Source of the DNA: Felis catus | Taxonomy: Eukaryota | Reading direction: 5' to 3' | Assembly (NCBI RefSeq): GCF_018350175.1 | Contig: NC_058368.1 | Location: 238,578,001-238,642,000 of the forward strand | Length of the DNA stretch: 64,000 nt | Part shown: piece by piece, positions 23,403 through 50,260 of the stretch | Position numbering within the stretch: the stretch's first letter is position 1 | Layout of the letters: the number at the start of each line of letters is the position of its first letter | Notes under the pieces: generated by a model | What the model was told of the DNA's origin: nothing | Seen by the model: the letters and a program-made list of their open reading frames with translations, nothing else | Database searches by the model: none | Position numbers and translations under genes: made by a program

Positions 23403-24737
23403 TCGGGCCGGGCTCCTGCTCTAACTCGGGCGGTTGCTCCCTGACCCCACGGCCTCTGCCCACCCCCCACCCCTCACCCCCCCGCCCCCCGGCTCCTGCC
23501 CGGCCGGTGCGCCACCACCTCGAGAACATGCCCGCAGGGGCTTCCTGCTCCCTGTCGGGGACCCGCAGGCCCCCGGCACCGGGGCACGTTGGGTTGTTTT
23601 ATGAAAATCGTTGCCCTTCTCATCAACTGATTGAGACACGGTTGCAGCCTCACACGTCGCCGTGAGCAGTGGCCGAGCCCAGGCCCCGCGCCCTCGCCTG
23701 CTTTCCCCCGATGGCAGACACCCTGTCCAGTCCCAGTGGGACGCTGGCCGGTCACCTCGGCACACGCCCGCCACCTGAGGGTCCTTCCCGGCCCCGTCTC
23801 TCCTCTGCACTGCACCGTCATCTCAAGAAGGTTATGTGAGCGGCACCCGCGTGTGGGACCTGGGGGCGGACCTGCGCCACGCGGCCGTGACCTCAGGCGG
23901 CCCATCGAGGGCACGGCCACCAGGCTGTCCTCCTCACGGTGGCCGTGGAGGTACACAGTGCGTTCACCACGCAGAAGGGCGTGGTCTTCGTGCAGATGGG
24001 GGACAAATGTCCAGGGAGGGAACAGGTGGCCTCTGGTGTCCTGTCCACTCCTAAGCCACGTTCATTTTCCGGAGACCGAGTGCAAACTTCTGGCCGGTGG
24101 CACATGTCCCTCTTCCGGGGACGAGCACACGAGCGGAAGGCCCACCTCACCCCTGCACGCCCGTGTCCCAGAGGGACTCCCCAAGGGGGGCGAGTGTCAG
24201 GGGTCAGGGCCGGGGGTGGAGGCGCTTCTCTTGCTTCCCAGCGCCCACCGGCACCGCAGGCAGCGGGTGGGACGGTGTGACGCCCATAGCACGGGGGAGG
24301 GGTGGGCTCGGCCAGGCCGGGGGCCCCGCGCGGTGGGCTCGAGGGGGACGGGCAGGCGCAGCAGACTCAGCCCGGGCCACCCGCTGAGGCTCCGGACCCG
24401 TGGACGCCCCGTGGACGCCTGCGGGACAGGCGGGGACCCCGGTGGACACACTTCCAGGGGCTCCTTTCTGGGTGGGAGGGGGAGTGAGAAGGCGAGGGGA
24501 GGGTGTAGCCCCCGCCCAGCCCACCTGACCTCTGACCTCACAGGGCGCCGCGGCCTGCCCTTCACAGGGCCTCTCACCACGCCCCGGGCTCCGCGGACAC
24601 AGCGACGTGGACGTGGCGTCCACGTGGCGCCCCCCAGCCAGACCCGCAGTCCACGCCGCCCGGAGCGACTGGGGCTCCACCGTCTGCTCATCCCTCTGCC
24701 TCCAGACAACGTTTAGGCCGAGAATATGAAATGGCGA

Positions 24738-24743
24738 TTTATT
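24738..24743 (-). terminator. Probable SLC6A19 polyadenylation signal (AATAAA), implying a ~1.8-kb 3' UTR
   Basis: tttatt on the + strand; the first canonical signal I found downstream of the stop. Confidence 0.65.
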
Positions 24744-25311
24744 TAGACCGGTACACGTGATGCCCACGAGACCTGCGTTTCCAACAACTTGCAGAGACGC
24801 CGAGTCTGTGAGCAAGGCACTGGCCGGGGGTGGGACGACCGGATGATCCCCCCCGGGTCACACCCCCAGAATCCTCTCCACACGCCCCAGGGGGCAGCGC
24901 ACGGACGGTTACTGCAACTGTGTTCTCACAGCGGGGGTGGGAAGGCTTCGGGGAGAGGCCGAGGGGAGGGTGGAGGCCGGAGCGGGGCGGGGCAGGGGTC
25001 CCGGGAAGGCCCGGCACGCGGGGCTGCAAGCCAGCCGCCCGCACCGCCCCGAGGATTCCCCAGGTGACGGCACAGGACTGGACACGCCCCGATGTTTGGA
25101 GGTTCGTAGCGGGAGCTGCAGGGCTCCGCTCCGTGGTCACTGCCAGATGGGAGGCGACGGGACAGGGACGTCCCGGTGGGGGGGGACACGGCGCCAGGAC
25201 CCAGGTCCCCACCCCTGCCCAGGGGATCCTCAGAAAGTCCAGTTTAACTTAAGTCTCCAGGCTTTTTCTGTGGAGGGTGGAGGCGACCAGCCCATTAAGA
25301 AAACCACCCCA

Positions 25312-25498
25312 GGGGGCGCCTGGGTGGTTCAGTTGGTTAAGCGTCTGACTTCAGCTCAGGTCACGATCTCACGGTCCGTGAGTTCGAGCCCGGCATTGGG
25401 CTCTGGGCTGATGGCTCAGAGCCTGGAGCCTGTTCCGATTCTGTGCCTCCCTCTCTCTCTGCCCCTCCTCCGTTCATGCTCTGTCTCAAAAAAAAAAA
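25312..25498 (+). mobile_element. Young felid-type Can-SINE in the SLC6A19 3' UTR (antisense to the mRNA)
   Basis: ggggcgcctgggtggttcag head, gagttcgagccc B-box, pure A tail, perfect 15-bp TSD aagaaaaccacccca (25297-25311 and 25499-25513). Confidence 0.95.
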
Positions 25499-26145
25499 AA
25501 GAAAACCACCCCAAGTGCCACGTGACTGAGACTGGCTGTCGAATCCCAGAAAACAACCTTCACGAGACAGGGAGGGAAGAGCCAGAGCCCGACTTCACTG
25601 AGTGGCACCGAGCGGTTAGGCCTCCCGGTCCTTGCCGTGCTCGGGACCGTGGACTGTCCTCGACCGTGGTGGCCACGGCCGAGTTACCGTATAACTGGCC
25701 TTTCCAACACCTGGCTACGCGTTCATGCGGTTCACTTCCTTTTAAGGAAAACACAGAGGTGGTTTCCGCCTCAGCCTGGGCCGACCTGAGCTCCGTCTAA
25801 CTGCTCATCTACCTGCGGCGGCAGAAGCAATGATTAACTGGCTTGGAACTCACTGGAATTCACCGAGCTGGCACTGTGCCAGAGCTCAGAGCTTGGGGGG
25901 GAGGGGCAGTGGCGTGGTCAGGCCTCCGAAGGACCCAGCCGAGTCTTCTCAGGCTCACAGCCAAGGGGCCTGAGGAGGGCCATCCTCACGTGGGGCACCA
26001 GTGTCCCGACCTCACAGGTACCTCCTAGGTCAAGGGTCGACAGCAAGGTGAAGGTGGGTGGCAACGAGGCCGGTCCTGAGGGGCGCAGGCGAGCAGTGCA
26101 GACGCGGCCTCCCCAGGACGCCGCAGCTCCGACTGTCCTCGGAGC

Positions 26146-26487
26146 GTGTGCACACAAACACGTATGCACGTATTTATACTCGTGCACACAATACATTACA
26201 CACATGCCCACCACGTACTCATGCACGTGTACACACACACATTTCAACATATATACACACACAGGCATGCACACGTGCTCACATACACCCCCCACGCTCA
26301 CATGTATATACGTGCACTTGTGTATATGCTCACGTGTACACGCACACACATGCACACATACACACGTGCACACGTGTACACACATGCCTATGCGTGCACA
26401 CACATGTACACACAGTATGCACATGCATACACTCATCTGTGCACACAAACACACCCACACGTGTGTATACACACACACGCACACACT
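26146..26487. repeat. Degenerate (CA)n tract just 3' of the SLC6A19 stop (UG-rich in the mRNA)
   Basis: Alternating purine-pyrimidine ca/tg run of ~340 bp. Confidence 0.9.
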
Positions 26488-26549
26488 TTCAAGTGTGTGG
26501 CCTGGACTCCCCCCTCACTCCGACGGCCACACGCCCTGGGCCAGGCCGT

Positions 26550-41927
<15,378 letters not shown>

Positions 41928-42008
41928 GGTGGTCGCGGGGCCGGTCCCCGGTGGCCCAGGCGGGTCGGGAGCCAGAGGGCGAGTGGCCGCAGGCCCAGAG
42001 CCCCAGCA

Positions 42009-42095
42009 CTTTATAGGGAACCTTTGGCACCTTGCCCCGAGCACCTGGCGTCAGCAGATCTGAAGGTGAGTCCGCCCCAACTGTTAATGCCTTAT
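42009..42095 (-). promoter_or_regulatory. SLC6A19 proximal promoter: TATAAAG (42009-42015), HNF4-like DR1 GTGCCA-A-AGGTTC (42018-42030), GC box (42072-42077), HNF1-like GTTAATGCCTTAT (42083-42095)
   Basis: Motifs lie 80-170 bp upstream of the ATG; HNF1A/HNF4A control of Slc6a19 is established in mouse. Confidence 0.7.
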
Positions 42096-43429
42096 CGGTG
42101 GAGGCGCCGCAGACCCTCGGGACTGCCCCACAGGCGCTGGCCGGCCCCGCCCACTGAGCAAATGCGCCGCCAAGGCTCCGGCCCCCAGGGTGCTCCCGAG
42201 GCTGGGCTCCCCCCCTCCCGGCAGGACACCGCTGCTCTCCAGACCCTGGGATGCTCGGCTCACCGCCACACTCCCCAGCGGCAGAAGGAGGGGGGGCGGC
42301 CCCCCCCTCCCCCCCCTCCCCGGCTCTCTCTGCCAGCAGGCTATGTGGGGGGCCATCCCTGCCCCGCCCCACCCCGTCCAGGGCCGCGAGGTGGACCTGG
42401 GCCCTGGGAGCAGCCCACTGCCCTGCTCGCTCGGAGTTTGGAGCTGCCTGGACCCCTCCGGGCCCCGAGCACCAGGCTCTAACCAGCCTCCCAGGGAGCT
42501 TTGGGTCCCCGCTGGCATCTGGGTACCGAAGCCCCTTCAGATGCGGGGTGCCTATAGGTGGACCCCTGGGACCCACAGCAGCCCCCAGGGCGCTCGGCTC
42601 CCCGGGTCACCACCCGGCTGTCCCCCAGCCTCTCCGGGCAGCTGCGGGATTTCTGTCCTCCTACCCAGCGCCGGGCATGGGGCGGCCCCGAGAGGGGTGG
42701 GGGGACGGCAGTGGGAAACGGGGTTCCACTGCGGTCAAGCAGGGAGGCTTGGGGGGCCCGCAGCACACGCAGAGAGCGCCGTAGCCTCCACCTGGTGCCC
42801 TCTGGCCCCGGGTGCCCTCCAGCCCAGCCTGGCCTCTAGCCTGGGAGAGCAAGGGAAGAACCCCACCCGAAGGTTATGACAGCCAAGCCGATCCTGAAGG
42901 CAGAGCAGAGTTTGGGACAAAGTTAGTGTGGGTGCGGGCGTGCCCACCAGCGATCTGCACCTGGCAATCCTTCCGGCCCGCTGCCACTTTTCCTGGGGTC
43001 ACTGACCAGGCCACACCCAGCCCCCTCGGGGCCGTTCCCTCGGGAGCTCCCTTCACTGGCCTGCGGGGTCGGCTGGGTGCAGAACCCTCTCTGATGGCCC
43101 TGTTGACCGGCCTCCACTCCCACCCGGTCCTTCCCAGAGGGACAGGCTCTGTCGCTGGGAGTCCTTTGCTTGTCTGTCTCCCCAGTGACCCGCTCCACTG
43201 GACAATAACGTCCCTTCCGGCCCGGGGCTGCCTGACCCCAACCCCACCCCACTTGACTGGTTCATGCTGACATTCGAGGAACAATCCAGGGAAGGGGGGT
43301 GAGGGGCACTCGGGAGGGGTGAGTCAGGAGTCCGACCTTTGCCCTTAGGACAGGGGGCCTGGGGAAGGGTGGAGGCCGGAAGGGAGGAATCAGGTTAGAA
43401 TTTAGGTGCATCTGGTTCCCGAGAGCAGG

Positions 43430-44190
43430 ACAGGCAGAGAGATGCCACCGCAGAGACAGAGACGGAGAGACAGAGGGACAGAAGGGGAGACAGACAGAGG
43501 GAGAGACGGAGACAGGGACAGAGGGACAGAAACAGAGGGAGAGATGGACAGAAGGGGAGACAGAGACAGAGGGAGAGACAGAGACAGGGACAGAGGGACA
43601 GAAACAGAGGGAGAGACACAGGAACAGAGATAGAGGAAGTGACAGAGACAGAGGGAGAGACAGAGGAACAGAGACAGAGACAGAGGGAGAGACAGAGGAG
43701 AAACAGAGACAGAGGGAGAGATGGACAGAAGGGGAGACAGAGACAGAGGGAGAGACAGGGACAGGGACAGAGGGACAGAGACAGAGGGAGAGGCACAGGA
43801 ACAGAGACAAAGACAGAGGGAGAGACAGAGACAGAGGGAGAGACACAGGGACAGAGACAGAGGGAGAGACAGAGACAGAGGGAGAGATGGACAGAAGGGG
43901 AGACAGAGACAGGGACAGGGACAGAGGGACAGAGACAGAGGGAGAGGCACAGGAACAGAGACAAAGACAGAGGGAGAGACAGAGACAGAGGGAGAGACAC
44001 AGGGACAGAGACAGAGGGAGAGACAGAGACAGAGGGAGAGATGGACAGAAGGGGAGACAGAGACAGAGGGAGAGACGGAGACAGGGACAGAGGGACAGAG
44101 ACAGAGGGAGAGGCACAGGAACAGAGACAAAGGCCAAGGGAGAGACAGAGACAGAGGGAGAGACAGAGACAGAGGAACAGAGAAACAGGG
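43430..44190. repeat. Purine-rich compound (GAGACA/GAGGGA)n repeat
   Basis: ~760 bp almost free of T on the + strand; marker atggacagaagggg recurs four times. Confidence 0.95.
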
Positions 44191-46509
44191 AGGAAAGAGG
44201 TGCCCCAGGCTGGCCCAGGTCCAAGGGGTGGGGACGGGGATGGCGGACGGTCTGGACACAGGGCGGAGGTGCTACCTGGACCCCGAGGGCCAGCGAGGGA
44301 GAGGAGTCTGGGCTGAGGTGGGGAGCAGCCCAGGGCTCTGTCCTGGGTGTGTCTGGAGTGGGGCCCCCTCCCCACAGGAGCCCTGGTGTGGGGGAGGGTC
44401 CCCGCCCACCACAGGCCCCCCTGAGGGGTGTGCCTGGGGCTTCCTCCGGGCAGCTCTCTCTGGAAGCTTCCACAGGAACCCAGACCCGGACCGCCTTCCC
44501 TGTGGCGGCCAAGGCCCCCACCCCTGCAACCGAGCCTCAGCCCCAGATCAGGTCTCGGGGCTCTGAGCCCCAGCTGCCCCGTCTGTAAAACGTGATCGTG
44601 GTAGCCAACTCCACGGCTATCTGCCGGGAAAATATCTGGAAAGTGTACGTGGGCGAGAGAAGGCCAGGTGCCTGAGAGCTAGGCCTGAGCAACCAGGGTC
44701 CCCACAACAGGGACAGGGGCTCCAGCCAGGCCCCAGAGCTGGCTTGGGCCCCACAGCAAAGCAGTACTTTCTGCCCTGCCCTGGGGTGCAGCGGAGTGCC
44801 CCCGAGGCCGGGTGCCCGGGTGCCACCCACAGGCTCTCCGGGCTCTGCCCTCCTAGGTGGGGGGCCGGAATTGGGGTGTGGAATGCGGGGCACAGACATA
44901 GACCCAGCAGGAGGTGGGGGGGTTCTGCCACAGCCCCCATGAGGCTGCGGGCCCTCGTGCTCCCCTGCCTCCCCCCACTCCCCCTGCTCCCTCCTGCCAC
45001 TCCTGCCCCCCCTGCCCCCTCCTGTCCCCACCCCACTCCCTCCTGCCCCCCCCCGCCCCCTCCTGCCCCCCTAGAATCAGCTCCTGCACTCTAAGGCCAA
45101 GGGTCTCAGTGCCAGGAGTCCCACCCGACCCGCCTTGACCCCGACCCTGTCCCCCCACTGCAGCCCACCGGGCCCACATCCGCCCCAGGGCCTTGGCGCT
45201 CTGGATGCTCCCACTGCCCGGCTCCCTGCAGGTCCACCAGGCCACGGTCCCCCATGGTCAAGTGGTGACGTGAGCACGCAGGGCTGCCCGTTGCCCGCCC
45301 CTCTGCTCCCCTCTCTACTTTCCTTCCCTGGTTGGTGGCATCATTTCCTTCCGAGGTGCGGTTCATCCTGTTATTTCTCTAACTGCTTTTCTTCTCTTCC
45401 CCCGAAGGCCCGAGGCTGCCTGGGCTCTCACGGTTGGCCAGATGAAGGGGTCCCGCGGCTGTCCCCAGATGGGTGCATCCAGGGAGGTGGCCGGACAGGC
45501 ACCTGGGCCTCCGTCCCCAGCTTCGCTTGCCCAGGGGCCACGGGAGCCCCGCAGCCACGCTCAGTGGTCTTCGTGGCAGGAAGTGCCAGGCAGTTCCGGT
45601 GAACAGGTGAACCGACTAGATGAGCCTTTGCTTTTACTACGGTCGTGGTTGGAATCAGACTGAGGCGCTAAACGCATCCCCACCTCCCGACCCCTGTCCG
45701 GGTGCCGGGTCCTGGGGCCTGAAAAGTGACGGCCCCACCCTCGGCTGCATGGGGTGGACACCTCCCTCGAAGCCCAACGAAAATGAGGGCGCGTTGTGAG
45801 CAAGCGGAGGTTTGTCGTGGGGCCGGCGAGGACCCCGAAGTGGAGCCCCTCCCCACCCTTCCCCACCTCAGACCGCAGCCCCTCCCCCACGTTTGCCCAA
45901 CAACTTCTTTTACAAAAGAAGGTAAAGACCCCTGAGCGTTTTCAGCCCCCCACTGTGGATGAGCTAAGCGTTCCCTCCCCTTGTTCCGTGGACCCCAGGA
46001 CCCCCCACGGCCCACCAGCTGCCCCGGGCCACTCCGGGTCCTGATAGACGCGGGACAGGACGATGAACGTGTTCTCCTAACTCGGCTGGTCTGCTCTGTT
46101 GTACGAACAGGGGACAGGGGATACGTAAATCACAGGACACGTGTCCATCCGCTGCTTGTGTCATCGGTCAGGCTTCCAGGCTGCAGGACACTGCGAGGAG
46201 GGAAGTTTCCAGAAGCCAAAAGTTGCACGCGGGATCTCTACTGCAGGGTCTGTGCACAAGGGCCGAGGGTCACCTGGATAAGTGTGCACGTGCGTGAGTG
46301 ACACACGCACCCTCACTGCCTCGCTGCCTGAAATTATACTGTCTGTGCACGATTTTTATTTTCCTTTTATTAAATTTAAAAAATTTTAAACTGAATGTAC
46401 AATTTCACTCATTTCATTTTTTTCACCTTCTGTTACATTTTTCTTTCCGATGCCATGTTTGATGTGGAACACGAGAAGTATTCAGTGTGTGGGGAGTACC
46501 TTCCGTGAT

Positions 46510-46700
46510 TATAGCAAATTTCCCGAATGTGGCTCATCCCCGCGGTGTCCATTTTCCCCGAAATAAATGTATTTGTACGTACGTGTGTTTGTTACTGTCT
46601 TATGGGTTGATGACCTTCCATAAAGCAGGCACATCCGGGTAACAGTCACCCAGACAAAGGCATAGAACATTCCAGAACCCCAGCGCCCCCCCCCACCAAG
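46510..46700 (-). mobile_element. L1M 3'-end relic
   Basis: cacatccgggtaacagtcacccagacaaaggcatagaacattccagaacccca resembles antisense L1ME 3' end. Confidence 0.55.
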
Positions 46701-47599
46701 AGAACTGCACAGGGGGCTCAGCTCTGGTGGGCTGTCCCTTCCTTCCCTCCCTCGGAGATGCCTGCTCAAGTGTCCTTGTCTCTGGAGGCTCTGCCCCTTC
46801 CCGTCAACCTGCAGGGCAGCTTGAAACATTCCGGAACATGTGTGCCGCGAGCTTCCTCCCCACGCAGCCGCTGGCCTGGCCTCGCTGTTCCTGGCGTCTC
46901 CCTGCTCCCTGCCCACACGATCGATGGTGAAGATGCCCTCACGCTTTATTCTGGAAGCAGTGGGGTTTTGCCTGAGACTAAGTGCCCCCCCTCGAATTGT
47001 TTCCAGGGCAGCGGGTTCTCCAGAGGGGTTTACCCCGAGGCTGTTTAGACGTGGCCTCCCCGCCTTCCGCAGGGCCGCTCGGCCCACGCTCCTGGTGCTG
47101 CCCCGTCTCCCGTCTCTCCCTTCTCCTGTCTCTTGTCTCTTACGTCTCTCCCGTCTCCCCCATCTCTGCTGTTCCCTCAGCTCCTCTGCACGTTTTGTCG
47201 AGGGCACACGTCTTACTTGTGTGGCCTTATAGCCCCTCTGCTCTCCTTCCCGGACGTGCTCTGCTCACACGTCCACACGTGGCTTACACGTCCACACGTG
47301 GCTCACACGTCCACAGCGAGCCACCCCCTCGGAGAACCTGCCGGACTTGCAGCGGTGCCGGGCGCCTGCCGGCCCTCGGATGGAGGCCGTGGGCCCAAGG
47401 GGCAGCAGGTTCTCCTCCCGCAAAGGAGCAGGTCCCTCCGGGAATCCAGGCCTCCTCCTCCTCTGGAAGCTCCGCAGCTTGGGGGTGGAGGTCCTGAAGG
47501 CCTGTCGTGAGATCCGGTCCGGGGTGTGCGTGCGCTGCCGTGAACCTCGTGGCTCCTCAGCGTTTGCCTCCCGGCGGCCTCCCCTCCCATGGAAATCCG

Positions 47600-48240
47600 G
47601 TTCTAGGACTTGCGATCTTTGATTTTTACAGATAACTTCAACACAAAATCACACCGACGGAAACGACGGTTTTTCATCCTTTTGCCTTTCATTGTTCTTG
47701 CCTCATGACAGCTCGTCGGGCACGACGCGGGCACACGCGGTGCGAGCCACGCTCCCGCCGTCCCCCCTGGGCCCGTCAAGGACGGCGGGGACTTCTGCAC
47801 AAACACCCACTGGCCTTCCTTCTCCCGGCAGCAGCTTTACCAGTGATTGTGAACGGGCGTCAACTCTACGAAATGCCTTCCTACGTTTGCAAGAGGGTTA
47901 CCGACTTGCCGCCCTTCATCCTCTCGATGTGGCAATTACACGCCTTGACTTTGCCCTGCGAAACAGTCTTGCATTCTTGGAGTAACGCCACTGTCCCTGG
48001 TGCACAATCGTTCAGTCGCCGGATTCGGTTTAGCCCAGGTTAGTTTGTGGTTTTTACAACTGTTCCTGGACCGTGTGAGTCAATCCACAATCGGAGTCCC
48101 CCCCCCCCCCCCCCCCCCAGGCAGCCGGCTGTGCGGAACGAGGGGACCAGGGCTGGTGAGTCACACGCTGGCCTGCTCACTGCATTGTCACTAACAATAG
48201 AAATTTTCACTCAGAAATCTTTGCTAGTTTCATAAGTTTA
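47600..48240 (-). mobile_element. GC-shifted L1 ORF2 relic (antisense)
   Basis: ttgtgaacgggcgtcaactctacgaaatgccttcctacg...cttgcattcttggagtaacgccact...gccggattcggttt is colinear with antisense L1 ORF2. Confidence 0.65.
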
Positions 48241-48250
48241 AGAACCTGTG

Positions 48251-48459
48251 AGGGCACCTGGGTGGCTCAGTCTGTCGAGCATCCGACTTCAGCTCAGGTC
48301 ATGATCTCACAGTCCGTGGGTTCGAGCCCCGCGTCGGGCTCTGTGCTGACAGCTTGGAGCCTGGATTCTGTGTCTCCCTCTCTCTGTGATCCTCCCCCGT
48401 TCATGCTCTCTCTCTGTCTCAAAAATAAATAAACATTAAACAAACAAACAAACAAAAAA
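48251..48459 (+). mobile_element. Felid-type Can-SINE
   Basis: gggcacctgggtggctcag head, gggttcgagcccc, (aaac)n tail. Confidence 0.93.
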
Positions 48460-49699
48460 ACGTGTGGCTGACAGGGACCAGACAGCTGTGGAAGCTGTTA
48501 CAAAGTGGATCTGATCCTTGATCAACTTTGTGGTTTGGTGTGCCGGGTTTTATTTCAACAGGCCACACGTTCAGCATTAGATATTTTACACCTTAGTCTT
48601 CGGGAAGGAGGATACCCCCCTTTGAAATCATGGAGAATGGGTGGAGGCCTCTGCGTGCTGGGCAGGAAGCCAAGGGGAGGGGCACCGCCCTGGGACGTCC
48701 CTCCCCCAGGGCTTTAAGGACAGGCTGTCACCCTGAAGCCCTGGGGCCCCTGGCATGGGGGGCGGGGGGGATTGGTTGCTTGTGACACACGCCCAGCTTC
48801 TGCTGTTCCCTGGAGCTGAGGACCGGCCACGGCAGGTGAGGGCGGGCCCTGGGCTGTCCCGTGATCACCAAAGTCATTAACCTTTGTCTTAAACGGGGTG
48901 GTTTGTTTTCATGAAGGAGCCTGAGCCGAGTTACTGAGTCATCACAAGTCACGGGATGGGATGTTTGATGTTTCCCCGCCTCCCTGCCCCCCCCATTCCT
49001 GGACTCCAAGGGTTATCTTCACCCCCACGGAGTCGCCTCTGATCTGTTATCTGTCTTTCCTGTGCCTCTGCCTTCCCAGGGGAAGGGGGAGCACCGTCTC
49101 TGCAGGGGCAGGGGGCTGAGGAGGCAGAGGGGGGAGAGATGGAGACAGACGGAGAGTTGGTGTCCCTCCGTCCTGCTGCCCGGCACCAGCAGGTGCCCAA
49201 GGTGATGGCACGCATTGGCAGGAGGCTCTGTGCCCACAGGCTGTGCTCACCGGAGCAGTTGCCCACCCCCCTACAGTGCAGCTGTCACTCACCGTGGCCC
49301 AGAGGGAGGCCAGAGTCACCTGGAGTCCCATCCCTGCCTGTTTGTTTACTGCAAGTTATCAAGAGAAACGGCTGTTACTGACCTGGGTCTTTGAGGACAT
49401 CCCCCCAGATAGGCTGGGAGGGATGCCCCGATTCTGCCTTTGCTGTGATAAGAGCGGCCCTGGTGGGGGCGGTGGGGGGCGGGGAGCCTCCCCGGGAGGC
49501 CCAGGGTCCAGGCACAGCCTCCCCAGCATACTGTGCAGCTGGGAAAGCGGACACGGGGTTGGATGGAGGGTCTGGGGTAGTTTTGTCCAATGAGTAGTAA
49601 TTGGGCACATTTCTACTTCTATAACTTTCGTGATCACAAAAGTAACACATTTTTGTAACCTAGTTGGCAAATGCAGAAAGGAGGTGAGTAAAGGGTGTT

Positions 49700-50260
49700 C
49701 GTTACCTCACCGGGCACGGGGTGTGGGTAAATCCCACGACAGCATTTTCTTCTGATAGATGTGCGCGTGCACCCCAGCCACCTATACGTTCTGACACACG
49801 TACTCACGACGGGGGTCTGTGCTTACCGTGCGGTGCGGTGCTCGTCCCGCCCCATAAAACCCCACAGCGCGCGGGGCCTGCGCTGGGACCCTTCGTTACC
49901 TGTTTCTCTATCGCTGGGCAGTTATGTCGTTCTGGGTTTTATATATTGCAAATATCGCTGCACTAAACATCTTTGTTTAAATACCCTTTTCCCCATCTTT
50001 TGACTTCGGGGACACATTTTTCTACATAGAAGACTATGAAAACTGCTTTCTGGAAAGATCTCGAAGCAAGAGCGTCCGCTTCACGCAACGCCTTGGAAGC
50101 AGTGGGTATCGTTTTAATTTTTGCCGATTCAATGAGTAGGAGTTGGTATCTTAACAGTATTGGTTTGTGTGTCCGATTCCTGGCTATACTATTCATTTCT
50201 TCGTGTGTTTCTTTAGCTATTTGAAAATGTCCGTTATAAATTGCAAGGCCCCCTTTTTCT
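49700..50260 (-). mobile_element. L1M relic (antisense 3' region)
   Basis: atatcgctgcactaaacatctttg...ttttaatttttgccgattc...ttggtatctt...tttcttcgtgtgtttctttagctatttg. Confidence 0.65.

Noticed and set aside
25312..25400. tRNA gene (A-box/B-box-like motifs)
   Set aside because: It is the tRNA-derived head of a Can-SINE, followed by a CT linker, poly(A) and TSD; the same applies to the other SINEs.
43262..44588. Long ORFs rich in RD/ET/SL repeats
   Set aside because: Translations of the GA-rich simple repeat, open in several frames on both strands.
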